Of a stretch of 64,000 nt of DNA, positions 29,862-39,892 are shown piece by piece. Every line of letters begins with the position of its first letter. The first letter of the stretch is position 1. The DNA is from an uncultured Methanoregulaceae archaeon (GTDB taxonomy: Archaea; Halobacteriota; Methanomicrobia; Methanomicrobiales; Methanospirillaceae): contig CAWJAX010000005.1 of assembly GCA_963841015.1 (NCBI GenBank), forward strand, positions 192,001-256,000, read 5' to 3'. The position numbers and the translations under genes were made by a program. The notes beneath the pieces were generated by a model that did not search any database, was not told the origin of the DNA, and saw only the letters and a program-made list of their open reading frames with translations.

Positions 29862-30454
29862 AGCGTTTCGTTTTCGCAGGTCTGATTTTTCTGGTGCTCC
29901 TGCAGGGCATCTGGTTTGCCTCCGCAAATGACTCGCCCGATTATTCTAAGATTGTTGTTGTCCACCTCAACATAAATAAAAGCAGTATCACAGAAAAGTC
30001 AGTTGAGATGCGCTACGGCCACCCCCCAAATATCGAAGGTAGAAGCGGGGACTTTAAAGGGACGCTGAAATCAACTGATGGTTCCACGATCCGGGAATTT
30101 ACTCTTTGGGATCCCCGCTATCAGCTGGGAGATGTCCTTGAAAAAGACAATGAATCTTCCGATTATCTTTCCGGGTACCTGACATATTCTGATAATGCAG
30201 ATCTTGTCCTCATACTTCCGTACTATGAAAACCAGATGACGTTTGAGTTGCATGACAAAAAGACCGGCACTCTGTTAAAAAAAGTGAACATGTCACAGGC
30301 AATAACAAAATTTCAATCAAACTATCCCAAAGATCCCGGAAGTGTTTCTGTATTACCTATCCAATTCGATAAATCCGTTATATATGTGATAACCGGAGTT
30401 GTGATTTCGATACTTATCATCGGAATGATTCTCTCAATGGTTCGAAAAAAATGA
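29858..30454 (+). CDS. Membrane-anchored hypothetical protein coupled to the peptidase
   Basis: ATGA overlap with the upstream stop; signal peptide, extracellular beta domain, C-terminal TM plus RKK. Confidence 0.8.
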   Translation: MKRFVFAGLIFLVLLQGIWFASANDSPDYSKIVVVHLNINKSSITEKSVEMRYGHPPNIEGRSGDFKGTLKSTDGSTIREFTLWDPRYQLGDVLEKDNESSDYLSGYLTYSDNADLVLILPYYENQMTFELHDKKTGTLLKKVNMSQAITKFQSNYPKDPGSVSVLPIQFDKSVIYVITGVVISILIIGMILSMVRKK

Positions 30455-30514
30455 TTTGCTGAAATCTTTTTATTGCACTTCCTTTTTTCAAAAAGAAGTT
30501 TTTCTTCCCCTCTG

Positions 30515-31108
30515 TCACGACGAGAGAGACTTTCCCAACGCGAAACCTTTTTTATATGCGGCTTCGAGGAGGGCAGGTTGCGCCTGGATATCTTTGATAG
30601 TGTCCATATCGCTGATCAACAGCTCGTCGGAATACTGGCAGTCGATGATATCAAAAAACGCCTTTACCGTCAATTTCGCGCCGACAAACACTTCAGGAAT
30701 ATTCATACCGGAGATGCAGATAAATAACCCCTTTCGTTCCTTTTTCTTTTCTTTTGATATGAGCGGTTTTTTCCGCACGTACTTTGCCATGAAAAATACC
30801 TGAAAACGATCGATAAATGACTTAAGTTTCCCGGGAATTCCCATGGTCATGACGGGTGTTGCAACGATGAGACCGTCCATTCCCCTGAGTTTCGGGTACA
30901 TTGCCTGCATATCATCATCCAGGATACAGGTTTCATGTTCCTTACAAAACATCATCTCCTGGCATGCCTGGAAATCAAGATTTGCAACAACAATTTTCTC
31001 AACTTCACATCCCGCATCTTCAGCTCCTTTGAGCGCCCTGTCGAGCAACTGTGCGGTATTTCCTTCAGTAAGAGGACTGCCAAGGAGACCGATGATCTTT
31101 CCTGCCAT
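30515..31108 (-). CDS. Iron-sulfur flavoprotein (Isf)/flavodoxin-like protein
   Basis: GSPLTEGNT, CQEMMFC..C, ATPV, LKSFIDR. Confidence 0.88.
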   Translation of the reverse strand: MAGKIIGLLGSPLTEGNTAQLLDRALKGAEDAGCEVEKIVVANLDFQACQEMMFCKEHETCILDDDMQAMYPKLRGMDGLIVATPVMTMGIPGKLKSFIDRFQVFFMAKYVRKKPLISKEKKKERKGLFICISGMNIPEVFVGAKLTVKAFFDIIDCQYSDELLISDMDTIKDIQAQPALLEAAYKKGFALGKSLSS

Positions 31109-31251
31109 ACTAACACCTTAAAAAAAATACGCAATATACTTTTGCCTGTAGATAAGTGTTTTTTTAATTTTATGCAGTTTTTTTTCTTTTTCTGATGCAC
31201 GAACGCAACTCATATATATCTTTGACGTGCATGAAAGTTTTGGTGAATTAG

Positions 31252-31482
31252 TTGACTGAACAGAAGACGTACACCGCGGGACAGAAAGTCGGCGCGGGAA
31301 AATATGTGTGCATTGACTGCGGAAAAGAACTTACCCTGGACAAGAGTGAACAGGATCTCAGGAAATGTCCCTCCTGCGCCTGCGAAGAATACCAATGCTT
31401 CCCCATGACGCACATACGCCCGGACATTAAGACTCCGGAGGATGCAAAAAATCCGCCAAAACGCGGTAAAAGCAACCAGTAA
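31252..31482 (+). CDS. Small zinc-ribbon protein
   Basis: TTG start after GGTGA; G.YVCIDCG and CPSC knuckles. Confidence 0.75.
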   Translation: MTEQKTYTAGQKVGAGKYVCIDCGKELTLDKSEQDLRKCPSCACEEYQCFPMTHIRPDIKTPEDAKNPPKRGKSNQ

Positions 31483-31600
31483 CTTACATTTTTCTTTTCA
31501 GGCATTGACAGCAAATGTGACTCCTGGGAGTTCCTGCAAAAAATATACCCGCAGATTCCTGCTCCCAGTTTTTATCTGACAAAAAAGGGAGGATCCTTAC

Positions 31601-31729
31601 ATGGTAAACGTCTCAAAAGAGGGCCAGGTCTTCCGGTGTGAGATCTGCGGCAACGTTGTAATTGTAAAAGAGTCCGGTGGCGGCGAACTTGTCTGCTGCG
31701 GCGAACCTATGCAACTGGAGAGTGAGTAA
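31601..31729 (+). CDS. Desulforedoxin-type FeS4 protein (42 aa, below ORF-track cutoff)
   Basis: Read directly: MVNVSKEGQVFRCEICGNVVIVKESGGGELVCCGEPMQLESE; GGGAGG RBS. Confidence 0.9.
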   Translation: MVNVSKEGQVFRCEICGNVVIVKESGGGELVCCGEPMQLESE

Positions 31730-31732
31730 ATT

Positions 31733-32137
31733 ATGGCAGTAAAAAAAACAGTACCCAAAAAAACACCTGCGAAAATATCCGCAACAAAAAAAGGAACTGA
31801 TAAGAAACTCAATACCCTTGAGAAGAAGATCGGAAAAGTGCCGAAATTTTTCCGGGAGTTGACGACAAAAGAGCCGGAGATGTTCAATCTCGTGATGAGA
31901 TTTGAGCAGCACATCTGGGACGATGGCAAACTGTCGAGAAAGACAAAAAAACTAATTGCTATTGCGATTGCAGCAGCTCTGCGTGACCAGCATGCGGTCC
32001 GCGCCCAGCTTGCCGGTGCAAAAAACCTTGGTGTCACCAAAGCAGAGGTTGAAGAGGCGCTTCGCGTTACTTTCCTCCTGTCAGGAATGCCCGCTTACGT
32101 GTATGGAAAAGCACAGCTTGATGAGGTCATGCCGTAA
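31733..32137 (+). CDS. Carboxymuconolactone decarboxylase/AhpD-like protein
   Basis: LSRKTKKLIAIAIAAA, GAKNLGVTKAEVEE, SGMPA. Confidence 0.85.
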   Translation: MAVKKTVPKKTPAKISATKKGTDKKLNTLEKKIGKVPKFFRELTTKEPEMFNLVMRFEQHIWDDGKLSRKTKKLIAIAIAAALRDQHAVRAQLAGAKNLGVTKAEVEEALRVTFLLSGMPAYVYGKAQLDEVMP

Positions 32138-32246
32138 GACAAGTCGGCTGTGAAAGACTTAAGAAAATTTGATACTTTAAACCTTTTTCTCCTGATATTG
32201 ATCAAAAACCAACCTTTTTTAGCGTTGCCACCACAAGAAAACTGCT

Positions 32247-32862
32247 ATGCCGATCAAAATTCTTGCCTTTGCCGGAAGTCCAAGAAGGTATGGTAATTCC
32301 GAAACACTGCTTGACTGGGTGCTTGGCAGCATGATGGCTGACCCGGACATTGTCATAGATAAAGTCCCTCTTGATGAGGCAGATATCAATCCCTGCCGGG
32401 GATGCAATGCCTGTGAAAAGACTCAATAAATGTATACAGCGTGATGGGATGGACATCTACCATGACAAGATCATCGCCGCAGATATCATTCTGCTTTCCT
32501 CACCTATTTACTGTATGGGGATAGCCTCACAGCCAAAAGCATTGATTGATCGTGCTCAGGTCTTCCGGTCACGGAAATATGTGCTCAGGCTCCCGGTTGT
32601 CCCTCCGGAACGCAAAGGAAAACGGCTCGGCGTATTTCTTGCAACGGCCGGGCAGACCTGGAACCATGTATTTGATGCAGCAGTTCCTTCTGTCAAGTGT
32701 TTTTTTCACGTGATTGACATTAAAGATGCTGACATCTCCTACCTGATGATCAACGGGGTGGATGAAAAAGGGGCGATAGATCTGCATCCAACCGCACGTG
32801 CAGATGCAGAGAACCTTGGAAAATCGCTGATTGTTGATATTAAAAAGCGCCTTTCGAGATGA
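32247..32862 (+). CDS. Isf/flavodoxin-like protein, +1 frameshift near 32421
   Basis: GSPRRYGNSE, CRGCNACEK(L)NKC restored by removing one A; SSPIY, KALIDR. Confidence 0.85.
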
Positions 32863-32868
32863 GGTTTT

Positions 32869-33480
32869 ATGGAGATTAAAGTTCTTGGCATATCGGGAAG
32901 TCCGCACCGGCATGGAAATACAGAAATTCTGCTTGACAGTTTTCTTGAGGGAGCCCATGCACAAGGGGCTGCCGTTGAAAAGGTTATACTCAAAACGCTG
33001 CAGTATTCCCCCTGCCGTGGATGCAATGCCTGCCACAAAACCGGTGAATGTATTGTACATGATGATGCGGTTATCCTGTACGAAAAAATACTGGCTTCAG
33101 ACTGCCTGGCAGTGGCCTCACCGATCTATACGATGGGGATTACCGCTGAGCTCAAAGGATTTATTGACCGGCAGCAATACCTTTGGGCTCGCAAGTTTAT
33201 TTTAAAAACTCTTTATTTTACTGATGACCATATCAAACGTCACAAGGGAATTTTTATCTCGACAGCAGGGCTTGGGTGGGAGAATGTTTTTGACGGGGCA
33301 TTTCCCGTGATTACCGCTCTATTCAACACAACAGGGTTTGAGTACTACGATAACGTGATTGCGAATAATATGGACGCTTATGGAGGCATAAACAAACATC
33401 CCACAGCGCTCAAAGATGCATTTGAGCAAGGGCAGAAGGTAATAATTGTGCTGGAAAAACTGAAGGCCCAAATCCCTTGA
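32869..33480 (+). CDS. Iron-sulfur flavoprotein (Isf)/flavodoxin-like protein
   Basis: GSPHRHGNT, CRGCNACHKTGEC, ASPIY, LKGFIDR. Confidence 0.9.
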   Translation: MEIKVLGISGSPHRHGNTEILLDSFLEGAHAQGAAVEKVILKTLQYSPCRGCNACHKTGECIVHDDAVILYEKILASDCLAVASPIYTMGITAELKGFIDRQQYLWARKFILKTLYFTDDHIKRHKGIFISTAGLGWENVFDGAFPVITALFNTTGFEYYDNVIANNMDAYGGINKHPTALKDAFEQGQKVIIVLEKLKAQIP

Positions 33481-33537
33481 AAAAAATCCTGGTATTGAAT
33501 GCAATTTTTCAATTTTTCTCTTTTGAAAAAAAAAAGA

Positions 33538-34206
33538 TTACAGTAAATTTGAGAATGTGTTTGGAGAAAATGAAGCCAGAAGTGCCCCAAATGCCACAAT
33601 TATTGTTACAACGAAAACCGCTTTGTTCCACGCCCACACTTTTCTTCCATCCAGTATACTAACAGGTAACATATTAAATGCGGCAATTATTGCGTTAATT
33701 TGTATTCCGGCAAGACCAAGTTTTGCTAGCAGACTGCCTGTAACTGCGGCAGAAAATCCTCCACCAATTAAAAAGATTACAACAAACGGGATGCACAACA
33801 GGAGGTTAATAAGTGGTCCTGCAATCGAGATTTTCCCATTCTGCTCTCTGCTGATTCCCCGGCCAGTGGTATCATAGATCACCGTTGCGCCAGGTGCTGC
33901 AAAAATCATTCCAACCAATGCTGCGAGTGCTGCCATTATTAATAGCATATTGTTATCCTTTCGGAATTCTGCCCAAAATCCAAATTTTATTGCAGTAAAT
34001 TTGTGAGCCATCTCATGTAATATAAATGCAACACCGACAGTTACAAGTGATATTCCCAAAGTCTCGAGCGCCCCAAAGGGTGTGACAGGAATGGCCGGAC
34101 CTAATATTCCGTTAGGAACAATCTGCACTATCAAAAATGCGAGAGAGATTGCGATCCAGGCTATGAACAGATCAAATTCTTCACGTCGGGATATGCGTTC
34201 GAGCAT
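33538..34206 (-). CDS. Site-2 protease family (M50) membrane metalloprotease
   Basis: HEMAH, AGPLIN, FNMLP..LDG, multiple TM helices. Confidence 0.9.
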   Translation of the reverse strand: MLERISRREEFDLFIAWIAISLAFLIVQIVPNGILGPAIPVTPFGALETLGISLVTVGVAFILHEMAHKFTAIKFGFWAEFRKDNNMLLIMAALAALVGMIFAAPGATVIYDTTGRGISREQNGKISIAGPLINLLLCIPFVVIFLIGGGFSAAVTGSLLAKLGLAGIQINAIIAAFNMLPVSILDGRKVWAWNKAVFVVTIIVAFGALLASFSPNTFSNLL

Positions 34207-34305
34207 ACAAACACCTGATTAAATAGGGCGTTCCTCTGTTATCTGTTTTGGTGTTGAGCCTGCAAAGGATTATGTTTATTTTGAATTATCGGATATATAC
34301 ATCAT

Positions 34306-34590
34306 ATGTCCCTGGAGAAGGTACGAGCTGATATCACCAAAGGTGACCGGGAGATTATCCGTCTTATTGCACAACGGCAGGACTATGCCAGAAAAATTGC
34401 CAAGATCAAGATTCATGCGGGAATGCCTGTCCATGATGAACACCGGACCGCAGAGGTGCTTGAATTGGTCTTTGATCTGGCGGTCGAATATAAAATTGAT
34501 CCCGTGGCAGTTCAGAAAATTTTTGAAATTCTCATCACCATGAGTGAAGACCGGCAGCGGGACTTTTCCGGAGAGGGTAATCTTCCCTGA
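34306..34590 (+). CDS. Chorismate mutase (AroQ type II)
   Basis: LEKVRADI..D..II.LIAQR, IAKIK, PVHD..R. Confidence 0.88.
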   Translation: MSLEKVRADITKGDREIIRLIAQRQDYARKIAKIKIHAGMPVHDEHRTAEVLELVFDLAVEYKIDPVAVQKIFEILITMSEDRQRDFSGEGNLP

Positions 34591-34703
34591 TTGTGCTTTT
34601 AAAATACTGGTTTCGGTCATGGGTCAGTGCGCCACTGAAGATCCAGAGGGATCCGGAATTTTTTTCCGGATTTTCTGTAACATTGCAAAAAACAGGGAAT
34701 TGT

Positions 34704-35795
34704 TTATCCCAACTGTCCAAGAAGGATAACTGCCCCGAGTAATACCAGTGCCACTCCTATAGCCATTCTGAGCACCCGCTTGTACTCTGCCCTCATGCTG
34801 TCGGCCCGTTCCGTGGAAATACCGTATGCAAAGAGAATGGTGATCAGGAGGAGAGGAAGTATATAGACAACGTTATACAGTACAAGCCATGGCAACCCGG
34901 ACATTACGGTCATCTCCTTTCCCATCAGACTGAGTATACCGATATAGATCCCCCCGGTACAGGCAAAACCGAGGATTCCGGCCAAGATCCCTAATACAAA
35001 TGCTGCGGGGAGCGATGCGATTCGGATATAGTTCCCGAGTAGTCCTTTTTTCGAGTCTGGTATTGACAGGATAAAGGTCTCCTTGTTCCGGAGCACATCG
35101 GTGATCGTTATAAGCCCCAGAAGAAGGGCCAGTGCTCCCCCGATTAAAGCGAAAATCCGTGAGAATCCGGAGAGAGAGAACACTGAGAACAGCCCGATTC
35201 CTACGAGAAGATGAAACAGGAACATCGCCGCGATATATGCACAACCAACAAGCAGGATGCGCTTCCTGCTCCCGGCAGCAGCTATCGGGATCAAGAGGAA
35301 GATCAGTACGGACAGACCGCAGGGATTGGCACTGTCAACTATGGCTGCGAAGATGACCAGCGGCAGGCTGAGTTGCAATGGTTCCTGCGGACAGGTGGGA
35401 TCTTTATCTGGTGTCCCTGGTTGGGCGGTGCCGTTACAGGACGCGAGACGCTGTTTCTCGATAAGGATCTGAGATTCAAACCGGTCTGTAATCTCAGTAT
35501 CGCCGACCAAGCTGCTGTTCCCGATAAAGACTACGGGAATTCCCGGATTGGTAACTCCGTACTTCCGGCTCATTTCCAACAATTTTTTCCCGTTGTCGGG
35601 ATTGTTATAGACCTCAAGCCGGATAAGGTTGAGTTCAGGATAACGGGTTTGAAGATCGGCGAGGAGAGGTTTTACCTTTTCACAATGACTGCAACCGTCA
35701 CCGTAAAAATAAAATGCACTGATAGTCGAATTTAATGATGAAACATTTCCTGATGGGGGGGATGTCTTTTTTAATTCCGTTTCATTAATTATTGC
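34704..35795 (-). CDS. Thioredoxin-like (CSHC) plus CcdA/DsbD-like transmembrane protein; likely 3' part of a frameshifted gene
   Basis: Frame is open upstream of the annotated TTG and reads FYFYGDGCSHCEKV; DSANPCG and FACTGG in the TM domain; no suitable start codon of its own. Confidence 0.75.
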   Translation of the reverse strand, partial: AIINETELKKTSPPSGNVSSLNSTISAFYFYGDGCSHCEKVKPLLADLQTRYPELNLIRLEVYNNPDNGKKLLEMSRKYGVTNPGIPVVFIGNSSLVGDTEITDRFESQILIEKQRLASCNGTAQPGTPDKDPTCPQEPLQLSLPLVIFAAIVDSANPCGLSVLIFLLIPIAAAGSRKRILLVGCAYIAAMFLFHLLVGIGLFSVFSLSGFSRIFALIGGALALLLGLITITDVLRNKETFILSIPDSKKGLLGNYIRIASLPAAFVLGILAGILGFACTGGIYIGILSLMGKEMTVMSGLPWLVLYNVVYILPLLLITILFAYGISTERADSMRAEYKRVLRMAIGVALVLLGAVILLGQLG

Positions 35796-36214
35796 TTTTT
35801 TTTTATTTGTTCGAGAATGACACCTTCGAGTTGTTCAGGAATAGCACGATCCCCTACAAGGGGTGTGTTATTACCGACAACAATGACCTCAGGAACACCG
35901 GCACTTTGAATTCCCAGTTTCTTGTGCAGTGATAGCGAGAGTGCCTGGTTGGTCTCGTTGTGCCAGGTTTCGAGGATTCTGAAATCTACGTCCGGATATT
36001 TTTTTGATAAATTCTGGATAAACGGTATTACATTATGACAATGCGGGCATTCTTCCCCGTAAAAGAAATAAACAGTAACATTTCCCTCAACTGAAGTGTC
36101 CTTTGCAGCTGAAGGGGTTTGAACTGATTGCTGGGGTATGACCAAAAAAAATACCGCGCAGGCGACCAGTATCGCAATGAACACCCCTGCAACGATCTTC
36201 AGCGTATTGTCCAT
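35789..36214 (-). CDS. Membrane-anchored thioredoxin/glutaredoxin-like protein (CPHC)
   Basis: N-terminal TM, YFFYGEECPHC, GVPE; ends in an A9 run. Confidence 0.85.
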   Translation of the reverse strand: MDNTLKIVAGVFIAILVACAVFFLVIPQQSVQTPSAAKDTSVEGNVTVYFFYGEECPHCHNVIPFIQNLSKKYPDVDFRILETWHNETNQALSLSLHKKLGIQSAGVPEVIVVGNNTPLVGDRAIPEQLEGVILEQIKKKQ

Positions 36215-36283
36215 TTCTTATCCTCTGTAGGAATCTGGTTTAATGCTTTAATAAAATGCCGGTCTGTACTGTGAGGAAAACGA

Positions 36284-37159
36284 TTATTTTAAGGAAATCA
36301 TCGTCCCCACACCGTCACGGGTGAAGAGTTCGAGAATGAGGTTGTGCTCAATATTGCCATTAATAATATGGGCATAACTGACACCATTTTCCACTGCTTT
36401 AATTAACGAGCCCACCTTTGGGATCATGCCTTCGCCAATTGCTCCTGTTTTCTGCATAGAGTTCGCTTCATCAATAGTAAGTTTACGATACACCTTTGAA
36501 CGTTTTGCATCCATCACACCATCAACATCTGTCATATTGACCAGCTTGTACGCTTTGAGGGCGATTGCGATATCCCCGGCTGCAGTGTCAGCGTTGATGT
36601 TTAAACTGCTCCCAAACCTGTCGATTGCAATAGGGGCAACCACCGGAATGTAGCTTTTGTCAAGAAGGGTGTTCAGGAGGGCTGGATCTATCCATTCTAT
36701 CTCCCCCACGTGCCCAAGATCGACTTCTTTTTGTACCCCCCCGACATCCACCCGCTGGAGATCCATTTTCCGGGCAATGATCATATTCCCGTCACTCCCC
36801 GACAAACCCACGCCCCGGGCACCGCATTTTGCGATCAGTGAAACAATCCCATTGTTGATCTTCCCGACAAGAACCATCTGAGCGATCTCGAGGGTTTCCT
36901 GGTCGGTTACCCTGAGTCCCCCGACAAATACAGATTCTTTGCCCATCGCTTTCATTTTCTCTGAAATTTCCGGTCCACCACCATGCACGAGTACTACGCT
37001 GATTCCAACGTAATGCAGGAGAACTACATCCCGGATGGCATTTTCCAGCACAACCGGATCCACCATTGCATGACCGCCCAGCTTGATTACGATAGTCTTA
37101 CCATGGAACTGCTGGATGTACGGCAGTGCCTCCATAAGAACATCCTCCCGCTTCATCAT
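36284..37159 (-). CDS. argB: Acetylglutamate kinase
   Basis: [40 protein letters not shown]. Confidence 0.96.
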   Translation of the reverse strand: MMKREDVLMEALPYIQQFHGKTIVIKLGGHAMVDPVVLENAIRDVVLLHYVGISVVLVHGGGPEISEKMKAMGKESVFVGGLRVTDQETLEIAQMVLVGKINNGIVSLIAKCGARGVGLSGSDGNMIIARKMDLQRVDVGGVQKEVDLGHVGEIEWIDPALLNTLLDKSYIPVVAPIAIDRFGSSLNINADTAAGDIAIALKAYKLVNMTDVDGVMDAKRSKVYRKLTIDEANSMQKTGAIGEGMIPKVGSLIKAVENGVSYAHIINGNIEHNLILELFTRDGVGTMISLK

Positions 37160-38313
37160 GTTGTATACCTCCCGTTTATCTCGACGTAGCGTTCGGTCAG
37201 ATCGCAACCCCATGCGGTTGCTTCTTCTTTTCCGGCTGCCAGGTCAAGAATAAAGATGACTTTTTTAGCGTGCATCGCCTCTTTAGCCTTTTTCAGATCT
37301 GCGATAATCTCTCCGGATCTGACCAGAGGATACCGATTAGTACCATCGCTTATCCAGAGTGATATTGCATTCGGATCAAAATCAACACCCGCACGTCCTG
37401 CTGCCGCAACCACTCTTCCCCAGTTTGGATCTTCCCCATACACAGCAGTCTTTACCAGAGGAGACTCGATAATGGTGCGGGCAACTTTTGCGGCTGCTTC
37501 TTCTTTTTTTGCTCCCTTTACCGTCACCTCCAGTAATTTTGTAGCTCCTTCACCATCTGCTGCGATCTGTTGTGCAAGCAAACGACAGCACTCCTCCAGA
37601 GCCCCTGAAAACTCAGCAGGATTTACCCTTCCTGATTCCCCGGTTGCAGTGCAAAGCGCTATGTCATTCGTGCTCATGTCCCCATCAACGACGACGCGAT
37701 TGAATGTGCGTCTCGTAGCCAGTGTAAGGGCTTGCTTCAGGGATTTTGCACCGATATCTGCATCGGTATAGATAAATGCGAGCATTGTCCCCATATTCGG
37801 TGCTATCATCCCGCTTCCCTTGGTAATTCCCCCAATGGTGAACGTTTCTTTTTGTACGAGAGCATGTTTGGGAAACGTGTCGGTTGTCAAAATAGCCTGG
37901 GCTGCAAGTTTCTCGGCTTCCCGGGTACATTCGATCTTTCGTGCTATTTCCTCACACTGGTGTTGTATGAGGGGGAGATCGAGATACCGTCCTATGACGC
38001 CAGTACTGGCAACACCAACAAGATCCGGTTTGACACCCAGTGCAGAACCGGCAAACCTGGTCATCGCAACAGCATCTGAATATCCTCTTTTTCCAGTGTA
38101 GGCATTGGCACAACCGCTGTTTGCGATTACTGCTTCCAGAGTCCCTTTTTTTATCTGTTTGCGCATAAGTTCAATGGGAGCTGCTTTGACAAGATTTTCC
38201 GTAAATACCCCCGCTGCTGTTCCGCTTGCCTGTATAAGTGTCAACCCGAACTTTCCTTCTTTCATCCCGGATGCTTTTACACCCTTTACTGCGCAGATGC
38301 TTTGAAAGGTCAT
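37156..38313 (-). CDS. argJ: Glutamate N-acetyltransferase
   Basis: [49 protein letters not shown]. Confidence 0.96.
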   Translation of the reverse strand: MTFQSICAVKGVKASGMKEGKFGLTLIQASGTAAGVFTENLVKAAPIELMRKQIKKGTLEAVIANSGCANAYTGKRGYSDAVAMTRFAGSALGVKPDLVGVASTGVIGRYLDLPLIQHQCEEIARKIECTREAEKLAAQAILTTDTFPKHALVQKETFTIGGITKGSGMIAPNMGTMLAFIYTDADIGAKSLKQALTLATRRTFNRVVVDGDMSTNDIALCTATGESGRVNPAEFSGALEECCRLLAQQIAADGEGATKLLEVTVKGAKKEEAAAKVARTIIESPLVKTAVYGEDPNWGRVVAAAGRAGVDFDPNAISLWISDGTNRYPLVRSGEIIADLKKAKEAMHAKKVIFILDLAAGKEEATAWGCDLTERYVEINGRYTT

Positions 38314-38808
38314 TTAACTATCAGCTCCCTCGTTGTCAGAATAGGAAGACCCCACTGCATTGATAATATCTGCCCTTGCCAGAATTCCTACCAGTTTTTT
38401 CCCTCTCACTACGGGCAAGCGAACGATTCCTTCTTTGAGCATCAGTGCCGCAGCTGCCTCGATATCCATTTCTTCTGTTGCGGTGATTACGCGACGCGTC
38501 ATTACCTTTTTTGCCGGCATGTCTCCGATGTTGCGAAGTGCATGTTTTGTTTTCTCCCAGTTGATGTACTCGCGGATGGGGATCTCGATAACCTCAAAGG
38601 GAGATGGAAGCCAAAGGTCATCGGAGATCCTTTCAGATTCAAGGAGCGAGATCAGATCAGATTCTGTGAGCATACCAACAAGTTCCGAACCTTCCATGAC
38701 CGGAAGCCCACCGATATGGTGCTTCCGCATTAAACCTACTGCGTCGCGGAGGGATGTTTCCGCAGTGCATACAACCGGGTCTTTTGTCATCGCATCTTTT
38801 ACCAACAT
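38314..38808 (-). CDS. CBS-domain pair protein
   Basis: VKDAMT, IGGLPV, IVRLPVV..LVGI; AGGTGA RBS before ATG 38808. Confidence 0.9.
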   Translation of the reverse strand: MLVKDAMTKDPVVCTAETSLRDAVGLMRKHHIGGLPVMEGSELVGMLTESDLISLLESERISDDLWLPSPFEVIEIPIREYINWEKTKHALRNIGDMPAKKVMTRRVITATEEMDIEAAAALMLKEGIVRLPVVRGKKLVGILARADIINAVGSSYSDNEGADS

Positions 38809-38817
38809 AGTATTCAC

Positions 38818-39804
38818 CTACGGTAACATTCCTGCCCCAATCAGTCCATCCTGTTCTTTCAGGCTGCACATAAGGTTCATATTCTGAATCGCCTGGCCAC
38901 TTGCACCTTTCACGAGATTGTCTATGGCAGATATTGCCACAATCCGTAATCCTTCACTTTCGACCATGACATCACAGAAATTGCTTCCGCGGACCGCCGC
39001 AAGGGAGGGCTTCTGATACCGCACAAAGTATTCACCTTTGTAGAAGTCGCGGTATAGTTTCTCGACTTCTTTTTGCTCAAGAGGTTCATTGAGCAGGATG
39101 TGGGCCGTTGTCAGGATCCCCCGATTAACCGGCACAAGATGGGGGGTGAAATAGCATTTCGCTTTTGACCCGAGCCAGGCAAGCTCCTGTTTCATCTCAG
39201 CAAGATGGCGGTGGGTTGTCCATTTGTAGGGTCCGATATTGTCACCTACATTCGGATAGTGCGTGGTTGCGGAGGGATTGTCCCCGGCACCACTCACCCC
39301 GGTTTTCGAGTCGAAGATTACCGTGTGAGCATATTTTGCCAGGGGGGCTGCCGCAAGAGTTGCCCCGGTTGGAAAACACCCGGGGTTTGCAACGAACTTT
39401 GCATTGATACAGTCCTTCCGGTGAAGCTCAGGGATACCATAGGGAGCCGGGAAATAATCCGAGTGGATGACACCGTACACCTTCTCAAAGATCTCTTTTG
39501 GTAAACGGTAGTCGGCACTGAGATCCACTACTTTTATTCCCCTCGATAACAGCCTGCCAGCATAGGTCATTGCAGCTGTGTGAGGAACTGCAAGAAATGC
39601 AACGTCCGCATCAATGGCATCAATATCCGGGTTTTCAAATTTGAGATCGGTAAATCCTTTGAGGTGGGGATGAACCTGATCAAGGGGTGTTCCCGCAAGT
39701 TTGCGGGAAGTAGCACAGGTAACCTTTGCGGTGGAGTGGTGAACGAGGAGGCGTATCAGCTCACCACCGGCATAACCGGAAGCCCCGATAATCGCAATTT
39801 TCAT
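38818..39804 (-). CDS. argC: N-acetyl-gamma-glutamyl-phosphate reductase
   Basis: [37 protein letters not shown]. Confidence 0.97.
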   Translation of the reverse strand: MKIAIIGASGYAGGELIRLLVHHSTAKVTCATSRKLAGTPLDQVHPHLKGFTDLKFENPDIDAIDADVAFLAVPHTAAMTYAGRLLSRGIKVVDLSADYRLPKEIFEKVYGVIHSDYFPAPYGIPELHRKDCINAKFVANPGCFPTGATLAAAPLAKYAHTVIFDSKTGVSGAGDNPSATTHYPNVGDNIGPYKWTTHRHLAEMKQELAWLGSKAKCYFTPHLVPVNRGILTTAHILLNEPLEQKEVEKLYRDFYKGEYFVRYQKPSLAAVRGSNFCDVMVESEGLRIVAISAIDNLVKGASGQAIQNMNLMCSLKEQDGLIGAGMLP

Positions 39805-39892
39805 AACAGAGTATCCGATTGTAAAAATTTAATGCTTGTTAGGTACGCTGGTTTAGATCTTAAAAAAAATACATGAAATCCGAGAAATGACT

